Shown piece by piece: positions 37,766 through 50,508 of a DNA stretch of 64,000 bases (position 1 is its first letter; each line of letters opens with the position of its first letter). Made by a program: the position numbers and the translations under genes. A model generated the notes under the pieces. It was not told the DNA's origin. It did no database searches and worked only from the letters and a program-made list of their open reading frames with translations. The DNA is from Macrostomum lignano (Eukaryota), in contig NIVC01001573.1 of the NCBI GenBank assembly GCA_002269645.1, positions 156,681 to 220,680 of the forward strand. Direction: 5' to 3'.

Positions 37766-38089
37766 AATTGATTACACCTGCTGCTACCGACCAGCTTAGC
37801 CGCAGCTATTGCGTGGCGCATCTGAAGGCTGCGTACGGCTGTTCAGTCCAAGTACTGGGGGGTTGCCACATACACCTTCAATCATCCCAGCTAATGCTGG
37901 TAATTAACTATTTTATAGGTGGGTGAAGCACATGTACATGTATTTACATGTATACTTACTACTGATGAAGCAATGCAAATCAGTTAGGTGTCTTGTTCAA
38001 CGACACAAATTGTTCCAGTGGGATCGGGAATCGAACCCCCGACCTTCAAATCAGGAGTCAGGCGCTCAAGTCACTGGGCTAAAACTCCC
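37766..38089 (-). mobile_element. CORE-type tRNA SINE, copy 4 (diverged, internally disrupted)
   Basis: Reverse-complement match to the head (GGGGTTCGATTCC) and to the 3' part of the other copies. Confidence 0.75.
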
Positions 38090-38717
38090 TTGTTTTTATT
38101 ACTTAGCGTCTTAGTAACCTTTAGTAGTACATGCACATGCATAAACCACGGTAAAATGGTAGCTCATGGGCTTTCGGTCATCAACTAATTAACCTTTAAC
38201 TTGTGTTGGTATTAATTGAAAAATGGAATATCATAACAGCATTCTCCCAAAACTGCTGCATGTACTGTACATGCGTATGCATCTATAACGCAAATTATTC
38301 TAGTGTAAATACTATGTAAGTAACCACAATTGCTTTTGATTGTACATGTTTGGTAACCCTTATGTGTATGCAATGAATATTGGTCACAGGAAGTTGTCCT
38401 CTGCTAGACATTGTCCTCGCAAGCTAGGCTGCACTTGGGCACCCAGAGTGTTGAATGCCAACGAGCTTTCATATGTGTGCTGCATGGCAATGCTAAACTT
38501 GCGTATTGCTTACCCACCGATCAAATTTTACTGAAGCCTACAGCTCTTAAAAAAGGAGACAATTTACGGGGGCAGCAGATATGCTCGTAAAAGTACACAG
38601 TTCAGAGATGCATTTTAAATTGTATACAGCCGTTGAAGAACGGTACTCTCCTAGCTAAAAGACAGCATATGTGCAATTAGGCCATTTTAAAGCTACGTTG
38701 GAGCATTTCATTTACAG

Positions 38718-40992
38718 TGCAAAAAATGTTTCAGGAAACCCAAAAGCAGCTCCATGGCAGTCTATGGGACAAAGGAGTGCAGCCATCTGCGATGCCTCAA
38801 AGCGGGAAACCTGGACGCCATCGTTGATGCAGTTGTACCCGTCGATGCGGCCGATTCAAGTCCGGTTGACTGCCAGCACATGCACGCTCTGCTCACCACC
38901 TATCCAGCTTTTGCTACGGATCGCGAGCTGCTGGCGTCGATTGTTTACAAGTAAGCTGATTTTCACGTCTCACATACATGAATGCACACGTACAGTAGCT
39001 GTAGGTGAAACCAGTCATTTTAGTTCTAACCTGAGAGCCTATAGCTATATATTTGTCAATATGAATTCCAATTCAGGCAATTCGATCTTTCCAGGCTTGA
39101 AATTTGCGCCAACAGCGACTCGAAACTGGCCAAGCGCAGGAGAGAGGCACTGTATGCAACGTTAAAGGAGTTCCTATCGATCCTTTTTGACAGACCTTCA
39201 AATGAAGTCTTCGCGACGGTGAAATCAAATCAAGCAGTTGCAGGTAACAGAGCGCGCGCGCAAACTACCGAAACAATCGAACAATTGTTCACCTCTAGGA
39301 ACGCTCTGATCCCAACTGAACAGTCAGATCTATCTATCGAGCTAGCGAAAACATCAGCGACAGTCCGAGCGGAAATCGTATCTGAAGATGAAGAAGCTGC
39401 ATCACAGACACCACTCGAGTCTCTTCTCCATCGCTTGCAGAATCTGCAGAGGCCTTTGCCTCGGTGTCTCGCCAGCCTAGTAGCAGACGTCCTCAGTCGA
39501 AGGCCACAAAGCCAAGCCGAGATCGCCTGCACACCGCCATCACCCGTCCGTCGCCGGCGCTTAGATTGGGACTCGCTCGACAACCGGCAAGTGGCTGAGC
39601 AGCTGACTCGCCAGGACGCCAGCCTGATGCTTCGGCTTCGACTGCACGAATGCCTCGGTGTCTTCTGGGGCAGGCGTCAGTCGCCAAGCGTCAGCGCTAC
39701 GGTCCAACAGTTTAACAGAGTTTGCGGCTCCGTTACGGCCACCGTCGCTGGTGGCGTCGGTAAGCCGTCCAGGCGGCAGTCGGCAGAGCGGTGGCTCGAT
39801 ATCTATCGACTGCTGCTGGCTCGAAGAAATTTTGCCTCAGCGTTCGCCATTGCTTCCGCGCTCAACTCGGAGCCGATTCGCCGGTTGCTACCGACGCACT
39901 TGCTAGATAGAGTGACCAACTCCAGCCGTGGCGTGGCTTGGCTCATCAATCCGGATGACAATTTTTCCGCGCTTCGTCAAGCCATCGACGGAGCGGCTGG
40001 TGGCAGCACGCTAAACCTGCCCGATCCTGAGTCTGCAACGGTGCGTTCGATTGTTTGTAAACATCATACTGCTTCACTTGGATAGAAGAATTAAATGCAG
40101 GTCCCACTCATCAGTTCATGCATTCCCGGTTACAAATCAAACCTTCCTTGTGGGAAATCCAGAATGTCTTCTTTGAATGCACTGCAAATGCATAGAAGCT
40201 GGTATATTCGTTTAGATAAGGTATTAACCGATGATAAATCTATATCAGGCTATGCAGTTAGAAGCAATGATATTAATATGTACAACGTGTAGCCTATTTA
40301 CTGCACTGCCTTCACTGTAACTATCGCAGTGAGTATTTTGTTCGAAAACTGCGCAGTTGCCCATCCATGGCATTTAGAAAAGGTCAGAGGAGTGGCTTGC
40401 GCGTGTAATTTCGTAATTCCATTAACCTGTTGCATATCAGTCCTTCTTCGAGGCGCAGCATTTTGTTAGCTGATTGCGAAATATTGGAACAGCTGCTACT
40501 TTCGGCTGGGCTGTGTCAACTGCTGATGAAAGTGCTCATAGCTATAGATAGAAAAGCAGATTCAAAATGTACTTTGACATTATTCATCACGTCACTCCAT
40601 TCGGATCTCTTCACAAATCTGCACTGCAGTTGCCGCGCGGCGAGCAGGAGGTGGGGACGATCCCATTTCTTGGCGTGTTCCTCACCGATCTGGAGCGACT
40701 TCACAGCTCCATGCCGGACAGGCTCAGCAATGGCCTCATCAACTTTGAGAAGCGCCTGCGCGAGTACAGCGGAGCTCTGGCCAAGCTGCGGCTGTACCAA
40801 ATCTCCTGCCGGCGGTACCGCTACCCCGAGGACGCGGGCTTCGATCACTGGTTCTACAGCGTGCTCAAGCCGATGCCTGACAGAGAGGCTGTTCACGTCA
40901 GCGGAGTTTTGCTGAACTTCTACAGCCGGCAGTTGGACCGACGGGGACAGCTCGAGGCACCTCCCAGGCCCAGAAATCGGTGCGAGTCCTGA
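38718..40992 (+). CDS. RasGEF of the RalGDS/RGL type (REM + CDC25 domains). Exons 38718-38950, 39095-40040, 40630-40992; start codon uncertain (ATG 38754 or an upstream exon)
   Basis: REM: LKAGNLDAIVDAV...LLTTYPAFATDRELL. CDC25: VAEQLTRQDASL, QQFNRV, RRNFASAFAIASALNSEPIRRL, GTIPFLGVFLTDL, GLINFEKR. Confidence 0.85.
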
Positions 40993-41559
40993 GATGTACA
41001 GTGTGCATGCCTGAGCGCTCTGGTAGTGGACAACTCTAGTAGCAGGCCACTCGAAGGTCTTCAGTTTTCACCTCTACAGATTCCCAAAGTCTCAGCTCCA
41101 TGGCTCCAGAAACTTGTCACAAATCCCAAGTTTGTCGATAAAGAACTGACACTTTTTTGGGAGCTCTGCTTTGTTTGTTGCGTTTGTAATGCGAAAATTC
41201 AGAAGGTGAAATAGTGGGCTCCAGGGAGATCAAAATCACTGAGATCTCGAACTTTAGTGTTGAACTCGCAGAGTTTTCCAAGCTTTTCTCTAACTGTCGT
41301 TCTTAAAATTTTCTGTTACACATGCAGGGCAGCTGGACTGCCTACACAGACAGTTGACCTTCGTCATGTGAGTTGCGCTGTTTCAAGGAAAACATGGAGT
41401 TTGAGTCGGACACATTGAGTCATTAGAAGTTTTGTGAAATATGGAATTCGAGACATAGACAGATTGGCTCATAGATATGTAGGACCTTAAACAGATGCGG
41501 TTAAAGACAGTTGAGAAATAGACAGTTTGGGTCACGTAAAGTTAAGGCGGACAGATTGG

Positions 41560-42092
41560 GTCATAGATATCTTTGAGCATAGACAGTTTGGGTCATAGAC
41601 AGTTTGGGTCATAGACACATTGGGTCATAGACAGATTGGGTCATAGATAGGTTGGGTTTTAGACAGATTGGGTTTTAGACAGGTTGGGTTTTAGACAGGT
41701 TGGGTTTTAGACAGGTTGGGTTTTAGACAGATTGGGTTTTAGACAGATTGTGTTTTAGACAGGTTGGGTTTTAGACAGATTGGGTTTTAGACAGATTGGG
41801 TTTTAGACAGGTTGGGTTTTAGACAGGTTGGGTTTTAGACAGGTTGGGTTTTAGACAGATTGGGTCATAGATAGGTTGGGTCAAAGACACTTTACTTTGG
41901 ATCATAGACAGTTTGGGTCATAGACAGTTTGGTTCATAGATTGTTTCGGTCCCAGATGGGTTGAATCCGAGACAGATTGCGTTATAGATAGGTTGGTCAA
42001 AGACAGTTTTGGGCCATAGACAGATTGAGTCATAGATAGGATGGGTCATAGACAGATTGGGTCATAGACAGGTTGGGTCATAGATAGGTTAT
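41560..42092. repeat. Minisatellite, ~20-bp unit (TAGACAGATTGGGTCA/TT family)
   Basis: Direct periodicity. Confidence 0.88.
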
Positions 42093-43308
42093 TGCATGCA
42101 GGTCACATACAGTTCTATTCGCCCATCTCCCACACAAGCAATTCGATGCCACCCACTCGGTGTCGGTGCCGACCCGCCGTACCGCCAGTCAAGTCACTGC
42201 CAAGCCAGTCGGCTGGGCCAAAGATGCACTTTTAGTCCAGTTTCAACTTCAGCTGCCCAGATCCGGCCGCTTCCCAGTTAGAGAAATTGACGAGCTGGAG
42301 GCGATACGAAAAACCGTGGCGGTAAGCGCGCGGCCTTAGCCGGTAGCTGGCATCCCTAGAGTTAATTATAGACCTGAAGCTCTCCACTTCCTCTTTATCA
42401 GATTTTACCGAACCAGAAGGCGGCGCAGGTGATCGGCCAGGTGCTGGAAAAATTTCATTTTCAATGCGGAATTCATTTTTCACCGGACGAATTTCAATTA
42501 GTACAATTGGAACCGGCTGGTTCGATTAGACTTGGAGGTGATTGTCTTTGGTGCACTACTGACACCTTATCAAGCAGTAGTGCGATATGATTTTTATCGA
42601 AATTCAATGATATTTTTCAGAGCGCGGTCGTAAAATTCCGGACGATTGCAACTTGTTCTACGGTCTGAAGACGGCTGACCGGGCAGGGGAGCGGCGGCCG
42701 CCCGTCTGCGCGCTCAGACATGTCAGCCTGCCTGACAGCTGACTGCGCAAACACGGAACTAGAGATGTTTGTTTGGAAACAATTGTTCCTAGGTTTGCAT
42801 CGTTGCTAGGCTACAACAGTTGCCAGGCGGTCCAAAGTCCATGGTCCCAATTGCCTTAACTGTTTTTAGCTGTTTATTTAGCTACCTACTAACCGCAGCC
42901 AAAACTGCTTAACTAGCAGCTGGGCAGGTAGCCGGGAGCACCGCATTAAAAATGCAGCAAAATCATCTCCAGCTGTCGCGATGCGATGTTGCTGTTTAAA
43001 ATGCAGCTTATCCCGAAAATGTGATCCATGATCCGAAATTTCCAATTCAGCCCTAGCGCTGACTCGATGTAATATATTATATGTATATTCTGTTTAATAT
43101 GCAAGTGTACTTATCTAATACATTATGCATGCACTCAAGCCGAATGAAGTACTGCATTGGTGTTTTCAAATGCAGCCGAGTTATGAAATTAGCGTGCAAT
43201 TATTCAAAGCGAATTCTTTTTTGCTGCACTTTCTAAATTCTATTTTAAAGGAAATGATGAAAATGAATAATTTGACGATTATTTGTTTAAGCTTCAGTTA
43301 ACAACTAT

Positions 43309-43816
43309 AAACGATTGTTGTGTAGAAACGGTTGTTATGTAGAAACGGTTGTTATGTAGAAACGATTGTTGTGTAGAAACGGTTGTTATGTAGAAACGAT
43401 TGTTATGTAGAAACGGTTGTTATGTAGAAACGATTGTTGTGTAGAAACGGTTGTTGTGTAGAAACGGTTGTTGTGTAGAAACGGTTGCTATGTAGAAACG
43501 GTTGTTATGTAGAAACTGTTGTTATGTAGAAACTGTTGTTATGTAGAAACGATTGTTATGTAGAAACGATTGTTATGTAGAAACGGTTGTTATGTAGAAA
43601 CGGTTGTTATGTAGAAACGGTTGTTATGTAGAAACGGTTGTTATGTAGAAACGGTTGTTATGTAGAAACGGTTGTTATGTAGAAACGGTTGTTATGTAGA
43701 AACGGTTTTTATGTAGAAACGGTTGTTATGTAGAAACGGTTGTTATGTAGAAACGGTTGTTATGAAGAAACGGTTGTTATGTAGAAACGGTTGCTAGGTA
43801 GAAACGGTTGCTAGGT
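43309..43816. repeat. Minisatellite, 17-bp unit (GTAGAAACGGTTGTTAT)
   Basis: Direct periodicity; degenerate units resume after the insertions at ~44771. Confidence 0.95.
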
Positions 43817-44770
43817 CATCGAGGAAGCGCGGACCCGCCAGTCGAGCCTGATCGCTCTATTTATTGACTTCAGGAAGGCTTTCGACTCGGTCGTGAGGGC
43901 TGAGCTCCCAATGGTTTTACGTGCGTAAACGTGCCAGAGCAGCTGATTTCCGATGTCATGGCGCTGTATCATGGCACGAGTGCTGCTGTGCTGACACCGG
44001 ACGGCTTGTCGGATTTCTTTGGGACATCCTCTGAGGTGCTTCAGAGAGATACGCTTGCGCCGTTCCTGTTCGTCCTGGTGCTTGACTGGGTGCTGCGGAC
44101 TGCTTTTCCTTCTAACGACGACGCGGCCTCCTGCTGCAGCGACGCGTGGGTCGGCGCCCACCGGAGAGGCGGCTCAACGTGCTTGGCTACGCCGACAATC
44201 TCGCCCTGCTGTCCTCAACTGTCGAGGGCGCCCAGCACCAGCTGGACAAGCTAGTTTCTGTTGCGGCGAGTGTCGGCCTGGTGGACAACACGCAGAAGGC
44301 CGCCGTGCTGTGCGTGCCGGAGGACATCGAGGCTGCAATTTTCTGCCGAGGCGCTGACGGACAGGTGAAGAAGCTCCCGCGTTGTCAGCAGTTTGTCTAC
44401 CTCGGCGGTCTGGTGCCTGACGTTCGCGAGGACCTGCGACGTCGCTGTGGACTTGACTGGGCTGCCTTCCGCTCTGTGAGGGCAGTCCTGCAGTCTGAGG
44501 CCTTGCCTGACCGCCAGAGGGCGGCGTTGTTCCAGGCGGTGATCGAGACCGTCCTGCTGTACAACGCCGAGACCTGGCGCTGATGCAGACACTCTATCGT
44601 CGCACCGGACTGTCCTGTCCCGGCGAACTGTTGCACCGTCGGCGACTCCAGTTGGCAGGCCTTTTCATCCGAGTCGAGTCGTACTGCCCACAGCCGGTGC
44701 AGGAGGTGCTGCTGCTGACAATGTATTTTGTTGTTGTTGTTGTTGGCTGACAATGTATTTTGTTGTTGTT
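43817..44770 (+). mobile_element. 5'-truncated, frameshifted RTE-like LINE reverse transcriptase fragment with (GTT)n tail and 10-bp TSD
   Basis: LFIDFRKAFDSV, VLQRDTLAPFLF, LGYADNLALL, FVYLGG and RRLQLAG. GTTGCTAGGT occurs at 43807-43816 and 44771-44780. Confidence 0.88.
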
Positions 44771-44841
44771 GTTGCTAGGTGGAACCGCGGTTGCTAAGTA
44801 GAAACTTTGCTAGGTATAAATGCTTACTAGGTAAAATGGTT

Positions 44842-45202
44842 AGGGGGGCCGTAGCCCAGCGGTAGCGCAGCTGCTCTGGTGTGCCAGCGACCCAGGCTCG
44901 ATTCCAAGTGCAGTCACATTAATTTGGGGCTGAATTGGAATCTCGGCTTGGCTCTGCTCGTGCAATTAACGGCCTTGAGAGCCAACCCCCCAAGGCGCAG
45001 TGAAGTGTACATGCCTAACGATAAAATAAAGTTAAGGCCGCTTTACACTCCTGTGTGAGTGTGTGCCTGCGTACGTATCTGCGCGCTTGTGTGCCTGCTC
45101 AGGGGAGTCGGCGGAATGGGCAGTAATGCCTCTCGCCGGTTGTGTGCCTATTTCGCTTAAAGTGCGCCAGGGTGCACACAACCCCCCTGCCTCTAATAAA
45201 AA
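44842..45202 (+). mobile_element. Second tRNA-derived SINE family with A-tail and 13-bp TSD
   Basis: Head GGGGCCGTAGCCCAGCGGTAG...GGCTCGATTCC; tail CTAATAAAAAA; AGGTAAAATGGTT at 44829-44841 and 45203-45215. Confidence 0.82.
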
Positions 45203-46109
45203 AGGTAAAATGGTTGTTAAGAGGAAACGGTTGCTAGGTTGAATACAGATACAAAGTTTTGCGAAACAATTCAGTCACTCGCATCCTTCGCGCATCCTGT
45301 TTAATTTTAGTGTCGGCATCTTGCTGGGAAAAACATTTTTGCGTCCGGACAAAAGTCACAGGGAGTTGGTGGACGAAATTGTTAATATTCCCCTCTACCG
45401 AACAAAAAACTGCGCACTGAAAGCATCGCATTGTGAATTTCAGTTTATTACAACCGATGCATTCGACCCAGCAAAGATGCAGGAAAAAAAGATACAAAGA
45501 AGAGCAGTGGAGTTCGGCACCACCAGCCAGTCAGCTAGATAGTGAAACCCCGGCATGCAAGTTCAGGCCTCACCAGGCTGTGTTCAGAGATCTCTCTCTC
45601 TCTCTTTCTCCCTCTCTCTCTCCCGGGTGACCCGACGCTTCCAGTCCAACTCCAGAGAATTTCGTTGACTGCGCAGCGCAGTGCCAATGCAGTCCATCGC
45701 ACAGCACTGAAAAATCTGAAATGCGACGCCGGCTGTGCCCCCCCCCCACCACCACTTCCACTCCGCCCTCACAAATCAGGACAGCCATTGCAAAAACAGT
45801 TTTGTACGGCGTCTGTACGCAGCAACAGGGAGGGTGGTGGGATGCACTGCTGATCGCTTTTCCCTTCCAGTTTCCCTGTCTGTGTGGCTTGAAACGCCAA
45901 ACGGTTCGATAAAGCCGGCTGGGGGCCATGCGAAAGTGGGGATTGGTTCATCGTGGATGGCTTGCTTCAGCCCTCTGGAGGGATGGCAGAGTGCGCAATG
46001 GGGATTAAACTTCGTGTCCTTGGCTGCACAGCACTCTCACTCTCTCCTCGCTTCCTCTGCCTCTGCCTCCCTCACCCCGAACTGGCCACCAGTCCGCCAT
46101 TGGCTGCCG

Positions 46110-46227
46110 GGCATTTATAACTCGAGCGGCGTTGGTGGTCCGACTTCGATTTTATTCAAACTCTTGCAATTTTGAGCGTAATTCGTTCCAATTTTGTGCC
46201 TAGCATAAATTGAACAGGTGACGAAGG
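46110..46227 (+). promoter_or_regulatory. Putative TATA-like element and non-coding first exon of the tetraspan gene
   Basis: TTTATAA at ~46115 followed by a strong donor GAAG|GTAAGT at 46228; the next acceptor lies just upstream of the ATG at 47534. Confidence 0.45.
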
Positions 46228-46309
46228 TAAGTGAACTGTGTTTTAAAGCTTGAATAGCTAATTGCATGCTTTCTGTAATTTTAGCTGTGCCTAAACTAAT
46301 GTGAGACAG

Positions 46310-47468
46310 AATCAGGGACTGACCAGAGAGCGAAGAGGCAGACTCAGGGACTGACCAGAGAGCGAAGAGGCAGACTCAGGGACTGACCAGAGAGCGAAGA
46401 GGCAGACTCAGGGACTGACCAGAGAGCGAAGAGGCAGACTCAGGGACTGACCAGAGAGCGAAGAGGCAGACTCAGGGACTGACCAGAGAGCGAATAGGCA
46501 GACTCAGCGACTCACCAGGGAGCGAAGAGGCAGACTCAGGGACTCATCAGGGAGCGAAGAGGCAGACTCAGCGACTCATCAGGGAGCGAAGAGGCAGACT
46601 CAGCGACTCACCAGGGAGCGAAGAGGCAGACTCAGCGACTCACCAGGGAGCGAAGAGGCAGACTCAGCGACTCACCAGGGAGCGAAGAGGCAGACTCAGG
46701 GACTCATCAGGGAGCGAAGAGGCAGACTCAGCGACTCATCAGGGAGCGAAGAGGCAGACTCAGCGACTCATCAGGGAGCGAAGAGGCAGACTCAGCGACT
46801 AATCAGGGAGCGAAGAGGCAGACTCAGCGACTCACCAGGGAGCGAAGAGGCAGACTCAGGGACTCATCAGGGAGCGAAGAGGCAGACTCAGCGACTCACC
46901 AGGGAGCGAAGAGGCAGACTCAGGGACTCATCAGGGAGCGAAGAGGCAGACTCAGCGACTCACCAGGGAGCGAAGAGGCAGACTCAGGGACTGACCAGAG
47001 AGCGAAGAGGCAGACTCAGGGACTGACCAGAGTGCGAAGAGGCAGACTCAGGGACTGACCAGAGAGCGAAGAGGCAGACTCAGGGACTGACCAGAGAGCG
47101 AAGAGGCAGACTCAGGGACTGACCAGAGAGCGAAGAGGCAGACTCAGGGACTGACCAGAGAGCGAAGAGGCAGACTCAGGGACTGACCAGAGAGCGAAGA
47201 GGCAGACTCAGGGACTGACCAGAGAGCGAAGAGGCACACTCAGGGACTGACCAGAGAGCGAAGAGGCACACTCAGGGACTGATCAGGGAGCGAAGAGGCA
47301 GACTCAGGGACTGATCAGGGAGTAAAGAGGCACACTCAGGGACTGATCAGGGAGCAAAGAGGCACACTCAGGGACTGATCAGGGAGCAAAGAGGCAAAGA
47401 GGCAGACTCAGGGACTGATCAGGGAGCAAAGAGGCACACTCAGGGACTGATCAGGGAGCGAAGAGGCT
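46310..47468. repeat. Minisatellite, 32-bp unit (GACCAGAGAGCGAAGAGGCAGACTCAGGGACT)
   Basis: Direct periodicity, with variant blocks. Confidence 0.95.
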
Positions 47469-47533
47469 CAGCAAATAACTGGACTCAAAACTAATCATAA
47501 ACCTTTAAATTTCAGCAACAGGTATCCCCGAGC

Positions 47534-49879
47534 ATGGCAACAATCTCCTTTCACCAAATCTGCATCACGGTGCTGAGCCTGGGCCTCGCCTGCGGCATCA
47601 TCGCCTGCGCCTCGTCCAGTTGGCAAATGAGCTGGAATGCCAGAGGCTCCGGGCTCTTCGATCTGCCCAACAACAGTGAGCTGGCGTGTGGCATTCTGGC
47701 TGCTTAGCAACCAGTGGACCTTGCTTAGCATGCTTCGTAGTTATTTTAATAATACGGAAAAAGACTACCAAGCTACTAGGCTATTAAGCTACTAGGCTAT
47801 TAAGCTACTAGGCTATTAAGCTACTAGGCTATTAAGCTACTAGGCTATTAAGCTACTAGGCTATTAAGCTACTAGGCTATTAAGCTACTAGGCTATTAAG
47901 CTACTAGGCTATTAAGCTACTAGGCTATTAAGCTACTAGGCTATTAAGCTACTAGGCTATTAAGCTACTAGGCTATTAAGCTACTAGGCTATTAAGCTAC
48001 TAGGCTATTAAGCTACTAGGCTATTAAGCTACTAGGCTATTAAGCTACTAGGCTATTAAGCTACTAGGCTATTAAGCTACTAGGCTATTAAGCTACTAGG
48101 CTATTAAGCTACTAGGCTATTAAGCTACTAGGCTATTAAGCTACTAGGCTATTAAGCTACTAGGCTATTAAGCTACTAGGCTATTAAGCTACTAGGCTAT
48201 TAAGCTACTAGGCTATTAAGCTACTAGGCTATTAAGCTACTAGGCTATTAAGCTACTAGGCTATTAAGCTACTAGGCTATTAAGCTACTAGGCTATTAAG
48301 CTACTAGGCTATTAAGCTACTAGGCTATTAAGCTACTAGGCTATTAAGCTACTAGGCTGCGGGGCGCACATACCCCTTGAAGCAGTTAAATACCGCACCA
48401 ACTCGCACCACTTCCGACACCCCACAGGCGAGGGCAACTCGGTTAAAGCCTTGACCATCATCGGGGTGGCCTTCTTGGCCTTCGGCTTGCTGCTGGAGAT
48501 TCTCATGATTGTCTCCAACACCTTCAAGCTGAGCAAAGCCGTCAACCTGCTCTGCCTCGTGTGCTGCATCATTGCAGGTGAGGAACTGGATAAAACAGAG
48601 CAAAACAACTTCGTTCGAAAAAAAGCTTTTGCTCTGAAAATTGGCCCTGGGGTTGTCGTGGATTCACACCCGTGAGGGACAACACCCCAAGGCACAGAGA
48701 GTGCACATGCCTGACGATTGGACAGTCAGGGCCACTGTACACCCTGAGTGAGCGTGTGTTTGAGTGCGTGCTTGCGTACAGTATGCGATCTTGGCCCAGC
48801 TGCAGAAGGTTCCGGGCATCTGGATGCAGCGGGGAGATCCGGTGGTGCCGGTGTCCGCAGCGCGGTCCCCCTTCGGAGAGTCCAGGAGGTGGATTGTCGC
48901 TCGCTCGGTAGTCCTCAGGTAGCGGACGAGCTGGCAGAGATTCTCGGGCCTGAAAACGTCGGAGAGGTCCGGGTTTGGGCCGAGGTAGGCGAGCCTGTCC
49001 TGAGTAAAGGCGGGGCATTCACAGATGAAGTGCTCCGCATTCTCGGCACCGGAGAAGCTCCCTGGAGGTGACGATGCCTAGCAAAACAGCCATGACCTGA
49101 GAGGACCATTTTTATCGCCCTGATGTCCGACTGGTTGATCCGAGTGGTGACAAAGTGGTGTCAGCGAAATGGGCAGAACTGCCCAGGCGCTGGTTGTGGG
49201 ACCATGTCGCCCAAGGCGTTGTGCCAGAGTGCCCCCAGCCCTCCTGTGAATATTTATTTAATATTTAATATTTATTTTGGTACAGAACAGCACAGAACAG
49301 CACAGAACAGCACAGAACAGCACAGAACAGCGCAGAACAGCACAGAACAGCATAGAACAGCGCAGAACAGCACAGAACAGCACAGAACAGCACAGAACAG
49401 CACAGAACAGCACAGCACAGAACAGCATAGAACAGCGCAGAACAGCACAGAACAGCACAGAACAGCACAGAACAGAACAGAACAGCACAGAACAGCACAG
49501 AACAGCACAGAACAGCACAGAACAGCACAGAACAGCAAAGAACAGCACAGAACAGCACAGAACAGCACAGAACAGCACAGAACAGCACAGAACAGCAAAG
49601 AACAGCACAGAACAGCAAAGAACAGCACAGAACAGCACAGAACAGCGCAGAACAGCACAGAACAGCACAGAACAGCACAGAACAGCACAGAACAGCGCAG
49701 AACAGCAAACCCAGCCTAAATAACTCCACGTCCCCGCAGTGGCCGGCCTACTCATCGGGCTCATTGTGTACGCCGCCAAGTTCTCATACGGCGGCTACAG
49801 CGTGTGGCTGCTGACCGCTAGCACCGTGTTCGCCATCGAGGCGCTGTTCTTCTACATCATCCAGTGGCGCTGCGCCTGA
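47534..49879 (+). CDS. Small four-TM claudin/PMP22-superfamily-like membrane protein (143 aa). Exons 47534-47675, 48428-48577, 49740-49879
   Basis: Four hydrophobic segments; W...GLF after TM1 ([19 protein letters not shown]); phase-1 GT-AG introns; 432 nt in frame. Confidence 0.75.
47770..48357. repeat. Perfect intronic minisatellite, 16-bp unit (AAGCTACTAGGCTATT)
   Basis: Invariant 16-bp periodicity. Confidence 0.98.
48645..49240 (-). mobile_element. 3' end of a LINE ORF2 (C-terminal zinc-knuckle region) plus 3' UTR, inside an intron
   Basis: [17 protein letters not shown]...(frameshift)...[16 protein letters not shown] is typical of the C-terminal CCHC region of R1/Loa/I-group LINEs. Confidence 0.7.
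49281..49708. repeat. Microsatellite-like array (ACAGAACAGC)n
   Basis: 10-bp (5+5) periodicity. Confidence 0.95.
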
Positions 49880-50508
49880 GCAGTGGCGGTGTGAATGCTC
49901 AGAAAATTCGAACTGCACCTGGGTGGTTGACCACGGATACTGTCAATATATATTTCATTTCTACTGGCAGAGAAGTTCTTTAGGCTCGAACGCTTCTTAG
50001 GTGCGAGCGTGTTTTGCTTACAATTAGCTGTCAATAAGGAATGATATTCCTATAATCTCAATGCTGCTGACTATTAGCCCTTAAAAACATTTTATAGCTA
50101 AATGATGATAATGTTAGCTTGTCTTCTATTTATTGACACTCGAACTGCTTCCTGTCTGCTGCTTTTGTGCAAGTGTTGTGTCAGTATTTATTGAGCATAC
50201 CCAACCCGATAACAGTTATTTTGCATGATCTGAATGGCTATTTACTCAAATCCTGATAAATATTTAGCATCCGCGGCTTGAATAACTAATTGCTTTTTAA
50301 AAAGTTTTGTTTATCAAAAATAAGTCTCGGCACTTTTTCAATTAGCTGCTAAGTTTTCTCAATTGCTGATTTTATCTATTTATAATAATAAATTTTGTGC
50401 TCAGCATGGAAGCTACTTATAGTAGTTAGACGGCGTTTTAATACATTTTTATTAGACACAAGTATTTCGGTTTTCTGACTCGGCAATTATCAGGGATTTC
50501 CTGCTGCT

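Noticed and set aside
42620-43110. MITE / DNA transposon
   Set aside because: The ends do not form a convincing inverted repeat and no TSD was found.
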